From Verrucomicrobiia bacterium (GTDB taxonomy: Bacteria; Verrucomicrobiota; Verrucomicrobiia; Limisphaerales; UBA1319): DNA of 64,000 nt. Where the stretch lies: positions 1,728,001-1,792,000 of the forward strand of contig OY760937.1 in the NCBI GenBank assembly GCA_963664225.1, read 5' to 3'. Below the pieces are notes generated by a model. That model was not told where the DNA came from. It was given only the letters and a program-made list of their open reading frames with translations, and ran no database searches. Below are positions 39,092 through 49,090 of the stretch, in pieces (positions within the stretch are counted from its first letter, which is position 1; every line of letters starts with the position of its first letter). The position numbers and the translations under genes are program-made.

Positions 39092-40786
39092 TTAAGTGTT
39101 TGCTTTTATTACAAGGCGCATCCGCACCGTTGTTCCCCGGCCAGCCTGGCTTTCAATGGAGCAGTCGCCGCCGATATCCGCCAGACGCCGTTTCATATTG
39201 GTAAGGCCGTTTCCGATCGTGTCGTCCGCCTGCTGAAAACCGCCGCCGTCATCCTGAATGGAGACTGATAGCAACTGCGCTTTAAAGTCAACGAGCAAGG
39301 TCACCTCCGACGCGTGGGCGTGCTTCATGACATTATGCACCGCCTCCTTGACCGCCATGATGATGTTGTGACGCGTCTGGCTGGAAACCTGGACATCGCG
39401 CGGCAGATCCAGCACATGGAGCCGGCAGCGAAGCTGGGCCTGCGTGCACAATTGATTCACCATCTGGCAGAGGTAATTTCCCAGGGCATCCAGATTGTCG
39501 TTCTCCGGATTCACCGCCCAAACCGTTTCGTAGAGCGCGGAGACCAATTCCCGCGACATGCTCGAAATACTGGCAAAGTCGGTGCGCGCCTTTTCGGGTA
39601 GCGTGGCGGTGTCTTGAGCCATGCCGCTTAACAGGGAAATCTGGGTCACACGCGCGCCCAGGTCGTCGTGAATATTCTGGGCGATGCGCAACCGTTCCTG
39701 TTCCAAAAGCCGCTGCTGCTGGAGCCGCAAAACCTCCCGCCGCATCCGATGCCACGTGTAATACCGGCCGGACGCCACCGAGGCCGCCATGATCAGGAGG
39801 GCGGACAGGCCCCAAAACCAGGGCATACTCCAAAATGGGAGCGGCACCCGCACCCGCAGCAAAGCCTCCGCCCCCGTGGGAATGCCCAGGGGAGTGGCCT
39901 CCGCAACACGAAAACTAAAATCGCCATGGGGCAGAGTCCCGTAAAAGGCGCTGTTCACGTCGCTGGCGCCGATCGTGAACAACTCGTTCCATTCCACCAG
40001 CAATTGTTCGCCCGCCACCACCTTTGGCGCGATATCGTTCAGGTTGCGCCACTCGGCGTGACTCAACCCGTCCTCATCCAAAATGGCAAAGGCCCGGGTC
40101 AAAGGATCCCGCCCAATCTCCACAATGATCGCCATGCTCGGACGGGTGCCATCCCGAATCCACCCCTGTGGCACCTGGTTGAGAGGCTCATTCTTCGAAT
40201 CCTGGTTGAAAGGCGAGCGTATCAATGCGACTGCGGGACGATTGCCGGACGAAATCCTGGAAACCACCAGATCGTCCACCACAAAAATGCCCACCGTGGA
40301 GGGCGGCCCCGCGGAGGAAATCACCGCCTGCAGTCGGGACGCACCCGGTGGAACGATCAGCGTCTCCCGCCGATGCGTCAGCGTGGCACTTTCCAGCGCG
40401 CCATTCCATCCCGCGCTGTCCCCGGTGGCCCTGAAAGTTTTCATGGCGATAAAATCCCCGGCATCGTCCAGAAACCGCAGCACCAGATTCATCTCGCCAC
40501 CACCCTCGTGCCAGGTCGTGTCGTATCCCTCCAATTTGTAGCGCAATCGGATGGGCGCGCGGCTCGCATTGGTGGCGTGACCAAAACCGAACGAAATGTT
40601 TTTTGGAAATGGCCTTAAAAGCAACGGCCCTCCGGCACGCCACGGCACCGGCTTGCCATCCACGACCGCCGAACGGATCTCCAGGAAATTCGTCGCCTGA
40701 TTGACGGGCCGGGCCGCCTCCGCACGGGAAGACCCCGCGAAGAATGCCAGAAGCATCAAAAGAACGGCTGCAATGCGCTTTACCAC
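39092..40786 (-). CDS. HisKA_3-type sensor histidine kinase; start placed at GTG 40786
   Basis: ERLRIAQNIHDDLG, KEAVHNVMKHA, DDGGG, GNGL; signal peptide and TM helix. Confidence 0.9.
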   Translation of the reverse strand: MVKRIAAVLLMLLAFFAGSSRAEAARPVNQATNFLEIRSAVVDGKPVPWRAGGPLLLRPFPKNISFGFGHATNASRAPIRLRYKLEGYDTTWHEGGGEMNLVLRFLDDAGDFIAMKTFRATGDSAGWNGALESATLTHRRETLIVPPGASRLQAVISSAGPPSTVGIFVVDDLVVSRISSGNRPAVALIRSPFNQDSKNEPLNQVPQGWIRDGTRPSMAIIVEIGRDPLTRAFAILDEDGLSHAEWRNLNDIAPKVVAGEQLLVEWNELFTIGASDVNSAFYGTLPHGDFSFRVAEATPLGIPTGAEALLRVRVPLPFWSMPWFWGLSALLIMAASVASGRYYTWHRMRREVLRLQQQRLLEQERLRIAQNIHDDLGARVTQISLLSGMAQDTATLPEKARTDFASISSMSRELVSALYETVWAVNPENDNLDALGNYLCQMVNQLCTQAQLRCRLHVLDLPRDVQVSSQTRHNIIMAVKEAVHNVMKHAHASEVTLLVDFKAQLLSVSIQDDGGGFQQADDTIGNGLTNMKRRLADIGGDCSIESQAGRGTTVRMRLVIKANT

Positions 40787-40858
40787 AAAGGAGTGTTTAC
40801 CGGTGGCATCGAAAATTGGCAAGCCTGCCGGGCCGTTGCGGAGGGCGCAGGAGTTATT

Positions 40859-40997
40859 AACATGGATAGTCAGGATGCACAGGATGGGGGGATTTTTAAC
40901 CACGGATTGGACGGATGACACGGATGGGGAGATAAGCGGGGGCGATCCACAGATGGCAGAAGAACACAGATTTGGACCAGGAGGATAAGATTTAACC
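40859..40997. repeat. Inverted homolog of the 11611-11741 repeat
   Basis: Collinear shared blocks. Confidence 0.75.
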
Positions 40998-41501
40998 GGA
41001 TAGCTTTTAACCGCTAATTGACGGCAATAGGCGCTAATACAATGGAAATTGGAATATGAGTAGGGATTGTATATTCCTGTGCCGCTAAGGGTGCAGGACA
41101 AATTCCTTCGGTGAAAAAGGAAGGACTCTTAATGAAGCCCTTCTCTCCAGCTCTCCCCGCTCGTGCCTCGCAGGGCGAGAGAGAAGAATCACGCGATCGG
41201 TTTTTTGGGCCGACTGTGTTCATTCGTCCGATATATTTCCATGTCGTTTTAAAGCATTTTTAGGCTTTCTGGAGAATTCTGTCATGCACCCTGACCCTGT
41301 GGCTTGTCGCATTTGTCAGGAGAATGTTGCGGTTTTGAATTGTGCCCTGCGACCCGAAAAAATTCAGGGCCGCAGGGCTGATTTCGGCACTCACTGGCGA
41401 CGGCCATAGCCGACGAAGCCTCGAATGGATGCGAGGCCGACTCGGAGGAACAAGCCATCCGCGCAATAACCGAAATTGAATTGTGGCGAAATCCCGGGTG
41501 T

Positions 41502-42149
41502 TTACATTGGGTCCAGACGCCCGGGTTCCGCAGGATGTTCGCCGGTTGAACTTCTGAATCCCTGACTGCATCGAACCAGCCATGCGGCGAGGCAAAAGAG
41601 CGTCAGGTCTATCGCGAGATTGACCAGGCCAATGTGTTTGCCGCCCAGCGTCCCGAAGCAGCCACATTCGATGTTCAATCCCCGCGCGAGTGCGGACAGG
41701 ATGACGATGGCAAACATCACCGTCATGCCGGCAATGAGAAGCGCGGCGGCTCTCAACCAAACGCCTGTGAGGACAAACGCGCCGGCGACGACCTCCATCC
41801 AGGGCATGAGAATGGCGACCAGGTTGGTGAACTGGTGAGGCACCAGCCGGTAGTTGCTGACGTCGATGGCGAACTTCGCCGGATCCGCAATTTTTAGGAC
41901 GCCGGCGAAAATAAACGCGCCGCCCACCACCAAACGCAGCATCCAGGCGATATAAATCGCACTGTTTTTGGGCGCAAAGGGCCGGTCTGCGCGCACGTCA
42001 CGACCGAACTTGTCCGCGCCTTTCCCCTCGCCAACCGACATGAGGGAATGAACTTGCGGCGATGCGATGGCTTGAGCCATACCGGCGGAAGACACGGAAC
42101 CTCTCTGCGACAAGACAAAATCATCGCACTGTGTGGGAGGCGATTTCAT
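41502..42149 (-). CDS. MauE/DoxX family membrane protein
   Basis: LRL..G..FI.AG..KI.DP..F, GLNIECGCFG; ATGA overlap with the upstream gene. Confidence 0.85.
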   Translation of the reverse strand: MKSPPTQCDDFVLSQRGSVSSAGMAQAIASPQVHSLMSVGEGKGADKFGRDVRADRPFAPKNSAIYIAWMLRLVVGGAFIFAGVLKIADPAKFAIDVSNYRLVPHQFTNLVAILMPWMEVVAGAFVLTGVWLRAAALLIAGMTVMFAIVILSALARGLNIECGCFGTLGGKHIGLVNLAIDLTLFCLAAWLVRCSQGFRSSTGEHPAEPGRLDPM

Positions 42150-42610
42150 TGCTGGCCTTTCTGCGCGGTCGGCAAGCCGGCCTCGCGCCATTTGGTCCAG
42201 CCATCCAAGAGGAGGTGTGTATTGGTGTAGCCCAACTGGCGCAGGCTTGCCTGGAGGCGATGACTGAGTTCACAATCCATGCCGTCACAATAGAGAACGA
42301 GGCTCGAATCGGGCGAAAGGATCGGCGCGATTTCACCGAAGTGCTGATCGAACGATTGCGCGGGAAGATTCAAGGCGTTGCCGATATGACCGGCGGCGTA
42401 ATCCGCGGGTTCGCGCGCGTCCAGAAAGAGTGTGGCGCCGCCATGCCAAAGCTCTTTTGCCTTTTCGAGTGGGATGAACTCATCGGCTTGGATCGCCTTC
42501 TTTGGAGGGGTGATCAACGGGAGGCCGCGTGGGGAGGCCTGATTGCCCGCCAGACCCAATGCAACGCCCAGGAGGAGAATCACAGAGGCCTGTTGGAGTA
42601 GTCCACGCAT
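42146..42610 (-). CDS. Rhodanese-like domain protein
   Basis: LDARE..DY..GHI..A, YCDG..C, L.GW..W. Confidence 0.88.
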   Translation of the reverse strand: MRGLLQQASVILLLGVALGLAGNQASPRGLPLITPPKKAIQADEFIPLEKAKELWHGGATLFLDAREPADYAAGHIGNALNLPAQSFDQHFGEIAPILSPDSSLVLYCDGMDCELSHRLQASLRQLGYTNTHLLLDGWTKWREAGLPTAQKGQQ

Positions 42611-42618
42611 AAGCGGTG

Positions 42619-43650
42619 TTACGGCTTGAAGACGTTGACAATGACGGGCACTTCCATCCTGGGCTGCGCCGGGACGGAGGTTTCAAAAGACACGTTGCCG
42701 CTGACCGTCTTTTCGGGGGTTTCATTGAGTTTGGCCACGAGCTCATAGACCTTGCCGGAATCCCCGGGGACAAGCTCGACTTGAATTCCGGGGATGGTGC
42801 TCCTGGCATTCTTGATCTCAATTGGTTCTCCGGTGGCCGAGCGTATGGTCACGCGGCGCACCACCTGCGCTTCCGGGGGGGCTGCCGCTGTTGGCGCGGT
42901 TCCAGTGACACTCCAATACAGGGCTTCCGGGCTGAGACTGACCTGACCCATGAACTGGCCGTATATATAGACGCTTGAAACGGGGCTGTTCGTTTGATCG
43001 GCGGCGTAGATGTGGACATATTCGTTGAAGCGGCGGGGAACCCCCTCGCGTTGAATCGTGATGTTAATGCGCGCGCTGGAGGCATCCGCCCCGCCCGCCG
43101 GCTCGACCCTGGCCGTGATCCAGGGCTTGGAAACGTCGAGCCTTAGGATCGTGAGCGGCTTTCCATCAGTGCGGGTAATCGTGGTAAATTGTGAGGCTTC
43201 ATTGGTGCCGAAAGGCAGGTTGAGCGGCAGCGCCATTGGGTTGAGGTCGTAGAGTGGCGTGTAGTCCACCTTGATGGCGAGCGAAACCACGGGTGTCTTT
43301 GGATCGTTGGACATCACCGAAATGTGTTTTTCCATGTTCGCGCGCGCGCGGCCCAGACTCAGCGTAAAGGTCAACTCGCCGGTTTCACCCGGTTTGAGTG
43401 TGTCAGGCTTCAGGCCGGCGGTGGTGCAGCCGCAGGAGAGTTTGGGCGGTTCGAGTTTGAGGATGTCATCGCCAGCGTTGGTGTATTTGAAGGTGCCGGA
43501 AACGGTTTCGACCAGCGAGGTTTTACCGAAGTCATAAACCAATTGGTCGAACTGGATTTTGGGGGCGCCGGCCCCAAGAGCGGCGAAACACATCGCCCCG
43601 GTGAAAGAGACGGCGATGAAGAGGGTTGATTTGAGAAATGTCAATTTCAT
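42619..43650 (-). CDS. DUF1573 domain secreted protein
   Basis: YDFG....F.YTNAGD..L.....SCGCT....LKPGE. Confidence 0.8.
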   Translation of the reverse strand: MKLTFLKSTLFIAVSFTGAMCFAALGAGAPKIQFDQLVYDFGKTSLVETVSGTFKYTNAGDDILKLEPPKLSCGCTTAGLKPDTLKPGETGELTFTLSLGRARANMEKHISVMSNDPKTPVVSLAIKVDYTPLYDLNPMALPLNLPFGTNEASQFTTITRTDGKPLTILRLDVSKPWITARVEPAGGADASSARINITIQREGVPRRFNEYVHIYAADQTNSPVSSVYIYGQFMGQVSLSPEALYWSVTGTAPTAAAPPEAQVVRRVTIRSATGEPIEIKNARSTIPGIQVELVPGDSGKVYELVAKLNETPEKTVSGNVSFETSVPAQPRMEVPVIVNVFKP

Positions 43651-43741
43651 GTTTTCGTGGTGTTTTCTTTTATCATTAAATGGCAACCCTTGGGATGTCC
43701 GCCGGGTCCGCTTATTCATCCGCACTGATCTTAACAAAGAT

Positions 43742-43780
43742 AAAAACCCAGCCGAAGAATAATATACTCCGGCTGGGTTC
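43742..43780 (-). terminator. Intrinsic terminator
   Basis: AACCCAGCCG...CGGCTGGGTT hairpin with T tract on the minus strand. Confidence 0.7.
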
Positions 43781-43795
43781 AACGGTCGCGTCGAA

Positions 43796-46700
43796 TTATT
43801 GCGGCGCGAGAATGAGCCGATAGAAGCAGGTCGCATGACCTTCCTGCGTATCGGTGACGGTGAGAATGCCGCCTGTGCCGGCGATCGGCATATTGGGCAG
43901 GCTGGTCCAGGTCGAATCGCTCAACGAGCTCTTAAACTGGACCATGTATAGCTTGCCAATCTCGCTGGCAAACGACAGGGAGAAACCATCCGCGTTGTAA
44001 CGCAGGACGGGGACTCCCGAACCGCCAATGAGCGGCCGAATGGATTGAATCGCGCAACTGGCTGTGGCGGAGACGGTGCATTCGGTGCAGGTCAGGCAGG
44101 TTGATTTGCCTGTGACGGTGACGGTGACCGCGCTTGCGTCAACCGGGACCGTATAGCTGCCCGCGAACGATTTCGATTCACCCGGAGCCAATTCAATCGG
44201 GCCCAACACCGGGGTGGTGTTTCCGGACTGAGGACCGAACACGATGACATTGGTCAGGGTGACGTCGCCAGAGTTGCTGACTTTGCCGTTGAACACATAC
44301 AAGCCGCCCAGCGGTATCGGCGACGACGGGCACACCTGGGTGAGGGTGAGTCGTGGCGAGCTGAGCAGCGGACACACCTGCGAGGCGGTGGCGCTCACGC
44401 GTGTGTTGGCGCAACGGTCCTGACCGCGCGCGGTGACGGTGTCCAGAATTTCGCAGCAGTCCATCGGTGCGGTGTAACTGCCTGTGAAGTCCGCAACGGC
44501 TCCCGGCGCCAGGGTGATCGGACCGATGACCGGGACATTGTTGCTGGGCTGATTGTTCACCACAAAGACATTGACCAGGGTGACATTGCCAATGTTCTTA
44601 ACCGTGCCGGTGAAGGTGTAGAGGCCGCCGCGCGGTGTGGGTGAGGACGGGCAGTTCTTGGTGACGGCGATGCGCGGAGTGGTCATTATCGGGCAGGTCG
44701 TCGAAACGCTGTTTGAAACTGCGGCGTCGGTGCACAAGTCATAGCCAGTGGCCGTGACAATGTCGTTCCCGCAGAAATCCTCGGGAACGATGAAGGAGGC
44801 GTAGTAGGTCACCATTTCTCCCGGCGCCAGGATGATGGGGCCCAGCACTGGAGTATTGTCGCCTGACTGGTTATTCACCACGGTCACATTCATGAGGGTG
44901 ATGGTACCCGCGTTGCTGACCGTGCCGCTATACATGAGCAGGTCGCCGGGTTGGAGAATCGCGGTGGGACAAACCTTGGTCACCACGATCTTCGGCGAAG
45001 TCACCAGCGTGCAAGTCCGCGTGAAGGTGTCGGTGACTGTGACGCCGGTGCAGTCCTGGCCACTGGCGGTGACCATGCTGGAATCGACGCAGCAATCCTC
45101 GTGCGTGGTGTAGCTGCCTGAGAAGTTGGCCGACGCCCCCGGGGCCAGCGAATTGAGGGTGAAGATCGGGGTAAGCCCGCTGCGATCATTGTAAACAACG
45201 ATGTTTCTGAGCGTGCTGTTCCCGGTGTTGCTGACCTTGCCGGAGTAGGTGAGTATTCCGCCGGGCACGACGGGTATGGCCGGGCAGGTCTGGGTCACCG
45301 CGATCGCGGGGGCGGTGACGAGGTTACAGGTCGTGGACACACTGTCGGAAACCAGTGCTCCGGTGCAGGTGCTCCTGGCCGATGCCGTCAGCACGGAGAC
45401 GATGGAACATTCCGCGCCCGCGGGCACGGGGAGGTTGAAACTGAAGTCCGCGGTTGCGCCGGGCGCCAACCCTGCGACGGTGAAGACGGATCCACCGGGT
45501 ACGGTGGGCGTCGTCGTTGTCGATAAGGCCAGAACCTCGGATGCGCTCAGGCCCCGGTTGTAGATGCGGACTTCATCAATGACACCATTGAAGAACCGAT
45601 CCAGACCGGCGTCGCGGGCGCCGATGGCCCAACTGGCGTTGACTTGCAACGATCCCATGCCAGTCGCGGTGGACGCGATGGCAACGCCGTTGCGGTAGAG
45701 AATCCATGCCGAACCGTTGTAAACGCCGGTCAGGTGGACGTAGTTGCCCAGGTCGCTGCCAGGCATCGCAGCGGCGGCGACGGGCTCGTTGACGTTGTCC
45801 CAGGATCCCACTTCATATCGACCACTGTTGATGCGCAGGAACACGGAGCCGAAGGTCGTCGTGGTATAACCATGGGCCACGATATCCTGTTTGCCAGTGG
45901 TGGACAGGGGCTTGATCCACGCCGACATGGTGATCTGGCCGGCGAAGTTCAGGCTGGCGTTGTTGGGGATCAGGACCGCCGAATTGGCGCCATTGAAGTT
46001 GAGGGCGTTGTTGATTCTTCCAGAAACGCGCGCGGCGTTCATGATGGAGCCGTTGTTGGCCAAACCGGAACCGTCGAGAGCCACGTTCCCGCTGGTTTCA
46101 TCGAGCGGCCAATAGCCGACCAATCCGGAGGTGGTTGGCCCCGGCTGACCGGGCTGGCTGCCATTGACCACAACGATGTTGGTCAAAGAAACGTTACCCG
46201 TGTTTCTGACCGTGCCCTGATAGATGAGGGTTCCGCCCTCGGAAACGGGCGAAGTGGGGCAGAATTGGGTGACCACAATGCCCGGCGTGGTGATCAGCGG
46301 ACAGGTGGCCGAAGCGCTGTTGCTGACAAGGGCGTTGGAGCAGGCGTCGCTGCCTGTGGCGGTCACCGAACTGGTGAAGGAGCAGGCATCCGCCGGCGTT
46401 GTGAAGTTCGCCGTAAAGTTGGCGGACACTCCAGGCGCCAGGCTAGGCACTGTGAGCACGGCCGTGCCGGACTGGGGCTGGGTGGTGACGACGGTCACAT
46501 TATTCAATGTGACATTGCCGGAATTTCTCACCGTGCCGGTGTATGTGATTGGACCACCGATGGTAGTGGGGGCGGTCGGACAGACGAGAGACACCGCAAC
46601 GGACGGAGCGGTGGCCACCGGGCAGGTGGACACGAAGGTCTGTGCGACTGCCTCGCCGGTGCAAGGATCCTTGGCGGAAGCCCTGATGTTGGCGGTGACG

Positions 46701-49090
46701 GAGCAGACATCCGCCGGGACCGTGTAACTGCCCGTGTAGTTAGCGGACGCTCCGGGCGCCAGTGTCGCCGCGGTAAAGACGGTTGTGTTCGCGGCCGGGC
46801 GGTCGCTGATCACAACGACGTTCGACAGGGTGATATTTCCAGCATTGCGGACCGTGCCCGTGTAAGCGAGCAGGCTGCCAGGCGCGACGGGCGCGGTCGG
46901 ACACGATTGAGTCACCGTGATGACCGGTGTTCCAAGGATGGCACAGGTCGAAGTGACCTTGTTCGAGACGGGCACGCCGCAAATGCTCGTGCCAGTGGCG
47001 GTCGAGACGCTTGTGATGGAGCAATTCGTCGGCGCCAGGTAACTGCCGGAGAAATTAGCGGTCATTCCGGGAGCCATCGTGGGTGCGGTGAACACGGGAG
47101 TGCTGCCGCTCCGATCGTTCATCACAACGACATTGGTGAGCGTGATGTTGCCGGAGTTGCGCACTGTGCCGGTGTAAAACAACTGACTGCCCGGAGTCAC
47201 CGGGTTGGCGGGACAATCCTGGGTGACAACGATGCCGGGCGTGGTAATGAGCGCGCAGGTGGCCGAAGCAATGTTTCTGACCAGGGTGTTGGCGCAGGCG
47301 TCGCTGCCCGTGGCCGCAACCGTGGCGCTGACCGAGCAGGCATCCGCGGGAGCGGTGAAGCTGGAGGTAAAGTTGGCTGAAGCTCCAGGCGCCAGGCTCG
47401 GGACTGTCAATACGACCGTGTTGGGGACGGGCAGATCGTTGAGGACGGTGACATTGTTCAAAGTGACGTTGCCGGAATTCCTGACTGTGCCGGTGTACGT
47501 AATTGGGCCGCCTGTGGGGGCGGACACGGCGGGACAGGCCAGAGTAACGGCGATGGCCGGACCCGTACCCACCGGGCAGGTGGAGACGAAGTTCCGGGTG
47601 ACGGCTGCTCCCGTGCAAGAATCTTTGGCATTGGCCTGGATGTTGGCGGTGACGGAGCAAACGTCCGCCGGGACGGTGTAACTACCTGAGTAGTTGGCGG
47701 ACGCGCCGGGCGCCAGGGAAGCCACCGTGAAGACCGTTGTATTAGGGGTCGGACGATCACTGACCACAACCACGTTGTTGAGGGTGATGTCCCCCGAGTT
47801 GCGAACCGTGCCCGTGTAGGCGAGCAGACTGCCGGGTGCAACCGGCGCAGCGGGACAACTTTGTATCACTTCAATGGAAGGAGTTGTGAGGATGGGAGTG
47901 GTCGCGCTGGCTGTATCGGTCACCTGGACTCCGCATGCGCTCGCGGCGCGGGCGGTCAGGGTGTCCGAGATGGAACAGTTGGTCGGCGCCGGGTAACTGC
48001 CGGAGAAAGTGGCGACCGCACCGGGCGCCAGTGACGGCAGTGTGAACACCGGCGTATTGGCAACGGGTTGACTATTCACGACGACAATGTTGGTCAATGT
48101 TACATTGCCCGTATTGCTGACGCTGCCGGAGAACACCACTAACTGCCCTGGTGAAACCGGCGTGCCGGGATACGACTTGGTGACCCGGATTCCCGGTGTC
48201 AACACATTCGCGCAGGCCGCGCTCGCGGAACTGGTTACGGTCTTGGGGTTTGCTGTAAATTGGTCAATGCCTTGCGCCACCAGAATGGCGGTGTCCGGAC
48301 TGCAGGGATTCAACGGAATCCAGCTCCCACTAAACGTGGCAACCTGGCCCTTGGCGAGGTTGGTGGGGAAGAGAACCACGAAAGAACCGTTGTCCACATT
48401 ATTTGTGACGGTCACACCCACCAGTGTATTGTTGCCGCAATTATTGACCGTGCCGGTGAATCGGATCAATCCGTTTTCTCCCACTCCGCCAACGCATTGC
48501 ACCGCGATCTGGATGCAGGGCTGGCTCACCTCTGTATTCACTCCCTGGAAACCGCCACCGATGCTGGGCGTCTCGTTCTGATGAATGACACCGATGTCAT
48601 TGGCCGTGGCGCGCAAGGTGCCGTCGGGCTGAATATCCTGGGCGCGAACGACATAAGAGACGACGTTGGGATAGAAATCCGACTCCCCGTTAAGCAAACT
48701 CCTCCGCACCAAAATCGACGTGAAGTTGTTGGTCTTGCCATCCGGTGTGGTAATGAACGCCTGAATATCGCTGGCATCACAGGCGATTTGCGGACTGCCG
48801 GGCAACCCGTTGAATACGGTCGCGCTATAGCGGAGCGTGTCACCAACGTGGACGTCTGCCGCATCGGTATAGAGGTTGATACCCAGAGCACTGCCGGTGC
48901 ATCCCGGCGGGCTCTGCGCCCAAGCTGGAAGCGTTCCATACAGCAGAAAAGCCATTCCAGCCAGGAACAGCAGTATCCTGAATGGAATGCCTCCTTTGCG
49001 TGTAAAGGAAGCTATTTCTCGCGCCTGGGAAGATCCACACGGAGATGGAAGGCGGGAAGCCATCTGGTGGGTTTTTGTTGAAGTATTCAT
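43796..49090 (-). CDS. Large Cys-rich surface protein: ~12 Ig-like repeats, a LamG domain and a C-terminal FYR domain
   Basis: Repeats P.I.VT..CP...YTGTV.N.GN.TL.N; LVGYWPLDE...FNGVIDEVRIYNR; start approximate. Confidence 0.85.
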   Translation of the reverse strand: MNTSTKTHQMASRLPSPCGSSQAREIASFTRKGGIPFRILLFLAGMAFLLYGTLPAWAQSPPGCTGSALGINLYTDAADVHVGDTLRYSATVFNGLPGSPQIACDASDIQAFITTPDGKTNNFTSILVRRSLLNGESDFYPNVVSYVVRAQDIQPDGTLRATANDIGVIHQNETPSIGGGFQGVNTEVSQPCIQIAVQCVGGVGENGLIRFTGTVNNCGNNTLVGVTVTNNVDNGSFVVLFPTNLAKGQVATFSGSWIPLNPCSPDTAILVAQGIDQFTANPKTVTSSASAACANVLTPGIRVTKSYPGTPVSPGQLVVFSGSVSNTGNVTLTNIVVVNSQPVANTPVFTLPSLAPGAVATFSGSYPAPTNCSISDTLTARAASACGVQVTDTASATTPILTTPSIEVIQSCPAAPVAPGSLLAYTGTVRNSGDITLNNVVVVSDRPTPNTTVFTVASLAPGASANYSGSYTVPADVCSVTANIQANAKDSCTGAAVTRNFVSTCPVGTGPAIAVTLACPAVSAPTGGPITYTGTVRNSGNVTLNNVTVLNDLPVPNTVVLTVPSLAPGASANFTSSFTAPADACSVSATVAATGSDACANTLVRNIASATCALITTPGIVVTQDCPANPVTPGSQLFYTGTVRNSGNITLTNVVVMNDRSGSTPVFTAPTMAPGMTANFSGSYLAPTNCSITSVSTATGTSICGVPVSNKVTSTCAILGTPVITVTQSCPTAPVAPGSLLAYTGTVRNAGNITLSNVVVISDRPAANTTVFTAATLAPGASANYTGSYTVPADVCSVTANIRASAKDPCTGEAVAQTFVSTCPVATAPSVAVSLVCPTAPTTIGGPITYTGTVRNSGNVTLNNVTVVTTQPQSGTAVLTVPSLAPGVSANFTANFTTPADACSFTSSVTATGSDACSNALVSNSASATCPLITTPGIVVTQFCPTSPVSEGGTLIYQGTVRNTGNVSLTNIVVVNGSQPGQPGPTTSGLVGYWPLDETSGNVALDGSGLANNGSIMNAARVSGRINNALNFNGANSAVLIPNNASLNFAGQITMSAWIKPLSTTGKQDIVAHGYTTTTFGSVFLRINSGRYEVGSWDNVNEPVAAAAMPGSDLGNYVHLTGVYNGSAWILYRNGVAIASTATGMGSLQVNASWAIGARDAGLDRFFNGVIDEVRIYNRGLSASEVLALSTTTTPTVPGGSVFTVAGLAPGATADFSFNLPVPAGAECSIVSVLTASARSTCTGALVSDSVSTTCNLVTAPAIAVTQTCPAIPVVPGGILTYSGKVSNTGNSTLRNIVVYNDRSGLTPIFTLNSLAPGASANFSGSYTTHEDCCVDSSMVTASGQDCTGVTVTDTFTRTCTLVTSPKIVVTKVCPTAILQPGDLLMYSGTVSNAGTITLMNVTVVNNQSGDNTPVLGPIILAPGEMVTYYASFIVPEDFCGNDIVTATGYDLCTDAAVSNSVSTTCPIMTTPRIAVTKNCPSSPTPRGGLYTFTGTVKNIGNVTLVNVFVVNNQPSNNVPVIGPITLAPGAVADFTGSYTAPMDCCEILDTVTARGQDRCANTRVSATASQVCPLLSSPRLTLTQVCPSSPIPLGGLYVFNGKVSNSGDVTLTNVIVFGPQSGNTTPVLGPIELAPGESKSFAGSYTVPVDASAVTVTVTGKSTCLTCTECTVSATASCAIQSIRPLIGGSGVPVLRYNADGFSLSFASEIGKLYMVQFKSSLSDSTWTSLPNMPIAGTGGILTVTDTQEGHATCFYRLILAPQ

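Noticed and set aside
40787..41101. N-terminal extension of the sensor kinase ORF
   Set aside because: It translates a dispersed repeat; the signal peptide begins near 40786
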